A stretch of 64,000 bases of DNA, from positions 512,001 to 576,000 of the forward strand of contig CBDBOV010000006.1 in NCBI GenBank assembly GCA_965208575.1, given 5' to 3'. This DNA is from Spirochaetia bacterium (GTDB taxonomy: Bacteria; Spirochaetota; Spirochaetia; SZUA-6; Bin103). Both the position numbers and the translations under genes were made by a program. The notes beneath the pieces were generated by a model that did not search any database, was not told the origin of the DNA, and saw nothing but the letters and a program-made list of their open reading frames with translations. Of the stretch, positions 58,253 to 64,000 are shown one piece after another (the stretch's first letter is position 1; every line of letters begins with the position of its first letter).

Positions 58253-59296
58253 ATGAGAGCGGCGCTCACGTTTGGACCCGGCGACATTCGCGTGCAATCG
58301 ATGGCCGAGCCGGTGCCGGATGCCGGCGAGGTGCTGGTCGAGGTAGGCGGCTGCGGCATCTGCGGCGGCGATTACAGCGCGCACAAATCGGGCGCCCGGA
58401 AGCGGGCAACCCGCGCGCAGGCTACGATCGCGGGACATGAAGTGGCGGGCACGGTGGCGGCATGCGGCGCCGGGGTGCAGGGCTTGCCGTCCGGCACCCG
58501 GGTGGCGGTGAGCCCGAACCGGCCCTGCGGCCAATGTCCGCCCTGCCGCCGGGGCATGTGCCACCTGTGCGAGAACCGCGTACCCCACCCGCGCCGCAAG
58601 GGAGGCGGATTCGCATCGTACACCGCCGTCCTTGCGGCGCAGTGCTACCCCATCGACGACGCGACCGGGATGATCGAAGCCGCCGTCGCCGAACCGCTCG
58701 CCTGCTGCCTGCATTCCACCAGCCGCATCCGTGTCCGGCAGGGAGACTGCGTGGCGATCCTCGGCGGCGGACTGAACGCGCAGTTGTTCGTGCAGTTGAC
58801 CCGCATGCAGGGCGCCCGGCGGGTGGTCCTGATCGACAGCATTGCCGAGCGATTGCAGATGGCGCAGACCCTGGGGGCGGACGAGGTGATCGATACTTCC
58901 GCCACCTCGTTCGAGGAAACCGAGCGCCGGTTCCCGCGCGGCGCCGACGTCGTGATCAACACGCGCGGATCGATGGAGTTCACTGCGCTGGCGTTCCGGC
59001 TCTGTGCCGTCGGCGCGCGCCTGTTGTGCTACGGCGTCGCCGGCGCGGGCAAGACGGTCGCCATCGAACCGCACCTCATCTGGCGCAAGGAGATCCAGCT
59101 CATCGGCGGGCGCTCCTTCAACAACACGTTCGGCGCCGCCGTCGACCTGATCGACTCGCGCCGCATCCGGGTCGCCCCCCTGGTCACCCGCACCGTGAAC
59201 CTGCAGCGCTACGCCGAAGTGGTCGCCTCCCCCTCCGCCCACCACATCAAGACCGTCGTGGTGCCCGATCAGGCGCAAGCGGAAAACGTGCGGTGA
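58253..59296 (+). CDS. Zinc-dependent dehydrogenase (sorbitol/threonine DH-like)
   Basis: GICGGD, GHEVAG, CxxCxxC...C, EPLAC. Confidence 0.9.
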   Translation: MRAALTFGPGDIRVQSMAEPVPDAGEVLVEVGGCGICGGDYSAHKSGARKRATRAQATIAGHEVAGTVAACGAGVQGLPSGTRVAVSPNRPCGQCPPCRRGMCHLCENRVPHPRRKGGGFASYTAVLAAQCYPIDDATGMIEAAVAEPLACCLHSTSRIRVRQGDCVAILGGGLNAQLFVQLTRMQGARRVVLIDSIAERLQMAQTLGADEVIDTSATSFEETERRFPRGADVVINTRGSMEFTALAFRLCAVGARLLCYGVAGAGKTVAIEPHLIWRKEIQLIGGRSFNNTFGAAVDLIDSRRIRVAPLVTRTVNLQRYAEVVASPSAHHIKTVVVPDQAQAENVR

Positions 59297-59365
59297 ATCG
59301 AACCAGCATGCGGAAGGTCCTTGTTGCCGCGCTCGACACGCGGCGTTTTCGTCGGCGTGGAACCG

Positions 59366-59800
59366 CTACGGCGCCATCACGAGTCCCGGATAGTCAGGCG
59401 CCAAGCGTTCGAAGTCGCGCTGGTTGAACGTGTAGACGCGGTCGCAGTTGGCGTCGCGGGCGCACTCGATGAGCAGCGCGTCGTACACCTTCCCGCCGGG
59501 CAGGGCGTGACGAGCACAGTTGGCGACCGCGCGCCGATACAGGTCCGTGGTCGCCGCTTGCACGTGGAAGAATGGAATGACGTTCCTGTTCAAGATGACG
59601 GCGGCCTCCGAGGGAAGTATGCGCGGCTCGACCGGCATCGTCGTCAGCGCAGAGTACACCTCGGCGACGCTGTGAGCACCTATGATGCCGGTTATTCGAC
59701 GCGCGCGGACGTCGACGAGGACCGGCCGCGCGCGAGCGTAGTGTGGATGGCGGCGCACGCACGAAGCCGCCAGGACCGAGGTGTCGCAGAAGACCGTCAT
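59366..59800 (-). CDS. PIN-domain (VapC-like) toxin
   Basis: FCDTSVL, HSVAEVYS, YDALL, TFNQRDF. Confidence 0.88.
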   Translation of the reverse strand: MTVFCDTSVLAASCVRRHPHYARARPVLVDVRARRITGIIGAHSVAEVYSALTTMPVEPRILPSEAAVILNRNVIPFFHVQAATTDLYRRAVANCARHALPGGKVYDALLIECARDANCDRVYTFNQRDFERLAPDYPGLVMAP

Positions 59801-60063
59801 CCCAGCGCCGAGCCAACCTCGTGATCACGACGAATTCTCGACTCCTCGACCGCCTCCAGGAGGTCTCCCGTAGGTTCTCCCTCATGGACCAGCAGCCCGT
59901 CCTCGTCGCTCATGCTCGGGGAGAGGGTTTGCGGGCGCAACCGGATGCCGTCCGGCTCGATCTCGATCGCCAACTGCGAGCCCCGCTGGAGATGGAATCG
60001 CCTGCGCACCGGTTGCGGCAGCACCACGCGCCCGGCCGCGTCGACGGTCAGCACTTTCTTCAT
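59797..60063 (-). CDS. AbrB/MazE-family antitoxin
   Basis: LTVDAAGRVVLPQPVRRRFHL; ATGA overlap with the PIN gene. Confidence 0.88.
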   Translation of the reverse strand: MKKVLTVDAAGRVVLPQPVRRRFHLQRGSQLAIEIEPDGIRLRPQTLSPSMSDEDGLLVHEGEPTGDLLEAVEESRIRRDHEVGSALG

Positions 60064-60100
60064 GACAACAAAAATGTCAATTGGAAGTGCTAATGTCAAT
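60063..60100 (-). promoter_or_regulatory. Promoter/operator of the AbrB-PIN pair
   Basis: ATTGACATT twice (60073-60081, 60092-60100) immediately upstream of the ATG. Confidence 0.5.
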
Positions 60101-60263
60101 ACGAGCGCTACGCCGAGCAGAACGACCGCGCCAGCTTCTCCATGCTGCGTCTCTACGCCAAGGAACTGGTGCTGAGCAACTTCGCCGGCTACGACCCCGA
60201 CCAGATGCTGGAGCGAATGATCGAACTATCCCTCTACACGGAGGAACACCTCCGCTGACCCGG

Positions 60264-61592
60264 CTACAGGTCGGCGACCTCCTCGATGGTCTCGGCGACC
60301 AGGGCGAACAGGTCGTCGATCTGGGACGGCGTGATGGGCAGCGGCGGCGCCAGGGCGATGGTGTCGCCGGTGACGCGGATGAACGCCCCCTTCCCGAACG
60401 CCTTGTGCAGCGCGGTCATGCCGCGCACCGTCGGCTTGCCCGGCACCGGCGCCAGCTCGATCGCCGCGGTCAGGCCGATGTTGCGGATGTCGATCACGTG
60501 CGACAGCCCGCGCAGGGCGTGCGCGGCGTTCTCCCAATGTCCGTCGAGCTCGGCCGCGCGGGTCAGCAGGTTGTCGCGCTCGTAGACCGCGAGCGTGGCG
60601 CGTGCCGCCGCGCAGGCCAGCGGGTGGCCGGAGAAGGTGTAGCCGTGGGTCAACTCGATCGCGCCCTCCGGCCCCGCCATGAACGTGTCGTAGATCTCCT
60701 CGCGGACCGCCACCGCCCCCATCGGCACGGTGGCGTTGGTCAGCCCCTTCGCCAGCGTGACCAGGTCCGGCAGCAGGTCGAAGTACGTGGCCGCGAACGG
60801 CGAGCCCAGCCGCCCGAAGCCGGTGATCACCTCGTCGAAAATCAGCAGGATGCCGTGCGCGGCGGTGATTTCCCGCAGCCGCTCCAGATAGCCGACCGGG
60901 GGCACCAGCACGCCCGCCGAGCCGGACATGGGCTCGACGATCACCGCGGCGATGGTCTCCGCGCCGTGCAGGGCGATCAGGTCCAGCAGCGCGTCGGCGC
61001 GCTCTGCCCCGTGCTCGGGCTGCCCACGGCTGAAGGCGTTGCGCTCCGGGTCGTGGGTGTGCGGCAGGTGGTCGACGCCGGGAAGCAGCGCCCCGTAGGG
61101 CGTGCGGTTGGGGCCCATGCCGCCCACGGAGATCCCGCCGAAGCCCGCCCCGTGGTAGGCGCGCTCGCGGCCGATCAGGCGGGTGCGGGCGCCCTCACCG
61201 CGCCGCCGGTGGAAGGCGAGCGCGATCTTCAGCGCGGTGTCCACCGCCTCGGACCCGGAGTTGACGAAGAACGGGTGTCCGAGGTCGCCCGGCAGGATCG
61301 CCTGCAGCTCGCCGGCCAGCTCGAACGCCGCCGGATGGCCCATCTGGAAGGAGGTCGCGTAGTCGAGCTCCGCGACCTGGCGCTGCACGGCCTCCACGAT
61401 CTCCGGCCTGCCGTGGCCGGCGTTCACGCACCACATGCCGGCGATCCCGTCGATGAGCCGGCGGCCGTCGCGGGAGCGGTAGTAGACGCCCTCGGCGGAC
61501 TCCACCAGCCGCGGGGTACTCTTGAACTGCCGGTTCGCCGTGAATGGCATCCAGTAGGTTTGCAGGTCCAAATCGCTCGTCTTCGTTGACAC
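60264..61592 (-). CDS. Class III aminotransferase (omega-amino acid:pyruvate transaminase-like)
   Basis: YWMPFTANRQF, NSGSEAVDTALK, FDEVITGFGR, AKGLTN. Confidence 0.92.
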   Translation of the reverse strand: MSTKTSDLDLQTYWMPFTANRQFKSTPRLVESAEGVYYRSRDGRRLIDGIAGMWCVNAGHGRPEIVEAVQRQVAELDYATSFQMGHPAAFELAGELQAILPGDLGHPFFVNSGSEAVDTALKIALAFHRRRGEGARTRLIGRERAYHGAGFGGISVGGMGPNRTPYGALLPGVDHLPHTHDPERNAFSRGQPEHGAERADALLDLIALHGAETIAAVIVEPMSGSAGVLVPPVGYLERLREITAAHGILLIFDEVITGFGRLGSPFAATYFDLLPDLVTLAKGLTNATVPMGAVAVREEIYDTFMAGPEGAIELTHGYTFSGHPLACAAARATLAVYERDNLLTRAAELDGHWENAAHALRGLSHVIDIRNIGLTAAIELAPVPGKPTVRGMTALHKAFGKGAFIRVTGDTIALAPPLPITPSQIDDLFALVAETIEEVADL

Positions 61593-61767
61593 CAGCTCCC
61601 TCCGATCAGAGAATCGTCAACGGACCGTACCGCGCCGCGGGCTCGCGCTCAAGCACTCAACCATGCCAGTCGAACCACCCCCGTACGGAGTCGTCAACGC
61701 CCGCGACTGCGGCATGACCGCGCGCGACGGCGTAACTACAGTGTAGTGAGAGTGTCGACGCCCCTCC

Positions 61768-61827
61768 AGTGCCGGGTAGTGCCGGGTAGTGCCGGGTAGT
61801 GCCGGGTAGTGCCGGGTAGTGCCGGGT
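61768..61827. repeat. 10-bp tandem repeat AGTGCCGGGT x6
   Basis: 60 bp, perfect, read directly. Confidence 0.97.
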
Positions 61828-61929
61828 GGCTGACGTGCAGGGTCTGCCCGGCGGGTCGGCGGGGGCTCGCGGACGAACGCAGCGCGAGCGCGGCGATGAA
61901 GGCAACTGCGCCGAGCCGCCGGGGGCGGC

Positions 61930-62910
61930 TCATTTGTCGGCAGCGGCGTGTCCTGCCGTCCGTGGTTTGCGGTCGCCCACGTCGTAGCGGCCGGTGCCGC
62001 CGCGCAGCCGTGGATCGAGCAGGTCGCGTACCGCGTCGCCGAAGTTGTTCAGGCAGTAGACGGTGACGGTGAGCGCCAGCCCCGGCCACAGCGCCAGGTG
62101 CGGCGCCTGTTCCATGTAGCGGCGCCCCTCGCGACTCAGGAGGCCGCCCCAGCTCGGAATCTCGATCGGCAGGCCGAAGCCCAGGAAGCTCAAGCTGGCC
62201 TCGCTGATGATGACGCCGCCGATGTTGATGCTGAAGATGACCACCAGCACCGGCGCGATGTTCGGAATCACGTGGCGCAGAATCGTCCTGCCGGTTCGGC
62301 TGCCGACCGTCTGCGCCGCCTGGAAGTACATGTTCTCGCGCACGCCGATGACCGCGCCGCGCACCACCCGCGAGCCGACGATGCCGCCCGACACCCCGAG
62401 GGTGATGATGATCTGCGGCAGGCCGCGGCCGACGATCGACATGATCGTCAGCAGCAGCAGCAGCCCCGGGAATGCCATCCAGGCATCGACGAAACGCTGG
62501 GTAACCAGGTCGAGCCGGCCGCCGACAAACCCCGACACCCCGCCGATCAGCAGGGCTACCAGGACGTTGAGGGCGGTCGCCGCGAGACCTACCGCCAACG
62601 AAAGCCGCGCGCCGTAGATGATCCGCGTCAGCAGGTCGCGGCCCAGGTGGTCGGTGCCCAGCAGGTGCGCCGCCGAGGCGCCCTGCAGGCGGTCCTTGGC
62701 GTTGACCTCGAGGATGTCGTACGGCGCCAGGGTCTCGGCGAAGATGCTGACGAAGATGAGGAGCACGACCACCGCGGCGCTCGCCGCGCCGAGCGGCTTC
62801 TCTCTGACCAGCCGCGTCAGGAACCCGCGCGCCGCCCGCCCGCCCCGCGACCGCGCGTCCGCCGCGCGCCGAAAGAGACTGGCCGGCCTGGTGCGCCCGG
62901 CGTCACTCAT
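61930..62910 (-). CDS. OppC/DppC-like ABC permease
   Basis: LGTDHLGRD, EASLSFLGFG. Confidence 0.95.
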   Translation of the reverse strand: MSDAGRTRPASLFRRAADARSRGGRAARGFLTRLVREKPLGAASAAVVVLLIFVSIFAETLAPYDILEVNAKDRLQGASAAHLLGTDHLGRDLLTRIIYGARLSLAVGLAATALNVLVALLIGGVSGFVGGRLDLVTQRFVDAWMAFPGLLLLLTIMSIVGRGLPQIIITLGVSGGIVGSRVVRGAVIGVRENMYFQAAQTVGSRTGRTILRHVIPNIAPVLVVIFSINIGGVIISEASLSFLGFGLPIEIPSWGGLLSREGRRYMEQAPHLALWPGLALTVTVYCLNNFGDAVRDLLDPRLRGGTGRYDVGDRKPRTAGHAAADK

Positions 62911-62922
62911 GCCGCGCCCCCA

Positions 62923-63879
62923 CTACTGGTACCGCACCCGCGGGTCCAGGGATACGTAGAGCAGATCGATGAGGAGGTTGATGACCAGCACGCCGGTGCC
63001 GAAGAACAGGTTCACCCCGGACACGACCGGGTAGTCGCGGTCCTGCAGCGCCACCAGCATCATCTGACCCATGCCGGGCAGGTTGAAGATGTTCTCGATG
63101 ATCACCGACCCGCCGACCAGCAGCGGCACCGCCAGGCCGATGGCCGACAGCACCGGGATCATCGCGTTCTTGATGGCGTGCCGAAGCACGACCATCCGCT
63201 CGCGCAGCCCCTTGGCCCACGCCGTGCGCACGTAGTCCTGGCGCAGCACCTCGAGCATCATCGTGCGGGTAATCCGCATCGTGCCGGCCGAGAGGGCGGT
63301 GCCGAGGATGATGCTGGGGATGATGAAGACGCCCAGGCTCTCCCACGGATCGTCGAGGAACCGCACCATGATGATGGGTGGTGACCAGTCCCACAAGAGG
63401 GCGGGATAGATGATCACCATCAGCGCCAGCCAGAAGTTGGGCGTGGCCAGCCCCAGCACCGCGACCGTTCTGCCTACGTAGTCCCCGGCCGTGTCCTGAC
63501 GAATGGCGGAGAAGATGCCGACCGGCAGGGCAATGACCATGGCGATGACGAGCGCCATCAGCCCCAGTTGAAAGGTGGGTCCGACGCGCAGCCAGATCTT
63601 GGCTTCGACGGTGTCCTTGCCGAGCAGCGAATCGCCCAGCGTGCCGCGCACCAGGATGTCGCCGACCCAGCGCACGTACTGGACGTGGATTGGCACATCG
63701 AGCCCGAGAATGCGCTCCAGCTGCTCGCGGTCCAGCGGCGCGGCCAGGTAGTCCATCCGGCTCTCCAGCGCGTCGATGATGTCGCCGGGAATGAAGCGGA
63801 CCGAGAGGAACACCAGCGCGCTGAGGATCAGCAGCGTGGGCACCATGAGCAGGATTCTCCTGATCACATAGGCTCGCAA
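62923..63879 (-). CDS. OppB/DppB-like ABC permease
   Basis: RTMMLEVLRQDYVRTAWAKGL. Confidence 0.95.
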   Translation of the reverse strand: MRAYVIRRILLMVPTLLILSALVFLSVRFIPGDIIDALESRMDYLAAPLDREQLERILGLDVPIHVQYVRWVGDILVRGTLGDSLLGKDTVEAKIWLRVGPTFQLGLMALVIAMVIALPVGIFSAIRQDTAGDYVGRTVAVLGLATPNFWLALMVIIYPALLWDWSPPIIMVRFLDDPWESLGVFIIPSIILGTALSAGTMRITRTMMLEVLRQDYVRTAWAKGLRERMVVLRHAIKNAMIPVLSAIGLAVPLLVGGSVIIENIFNLPGMGQMMLVALQDRDYPVVSGVNLFFGTGVLVINLLIDLLYVSLDPRVRYQ

Positions 63880-63940
63880 TCCGGTCTCCTCCGCTGATGG
63901 GAGTGGGGTGGCAGCCGATCTACCACCCCACGGTTAGCAA

Positions 63941-64000
63941 CTATTTGACGTACTCGCCGCGCATCTGCTCGTCGATCCACAGGCGGGCGAAGATGACCTT
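63941..64000 (-). CDS. 3' end of a fifth family-5 SBP
   Basis: KVIFARLWIDEQMRGEYVK* matches the other SBP C-termini (ARLWLDLDLKKSMGF). Confidence 0.8.
   Translation of the reverse strand, partial: KVIFARLWIDEQMRGEYVK

Overview
High-GC bacterial chromosomal window with no rRNA, tRNA, CRISPR array, integrase or transposase that I can recognise. The substrate-binding protein (SBP) N-termini and gene content suggest a host-associated, possibly sponge-symbiont spirochaete-like organism; this is inference only. The backbone is nutrient uptake and catabolism: five family-5 (Opp/Dpp-type) SBP genes with four oppB/oppC permease pairs and no ATPase, a polar amino-acid ABC pair, a carbohydrate ABC set, and CoA, redox and PLP enzymes. 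Between these sit about 14 small accessory cassettes (TA pairs, nucleotidyltransferase pairs, six AAA/ATP-binding genes), several internally deleted. Main observations: (1) a ~400-bp promoter-leader module precedes the four SBP genes whose 5' ends are in the window. It carries an SD-led upstream ORF crossing a variable-copy 10-bp repeat, followed by a block with stops in two of three frames, which suggests a phase-variable translational switch. (2) Leader/signal-peptide relationships are discordant with binding-domain relationships among the SBPs, suggesting module shuffling. (3) 40-65-bp copies of nearby genes sit at cassette junctions, suggesting template-switch rearrangement. All product calls come from motif recognition, not database searches.
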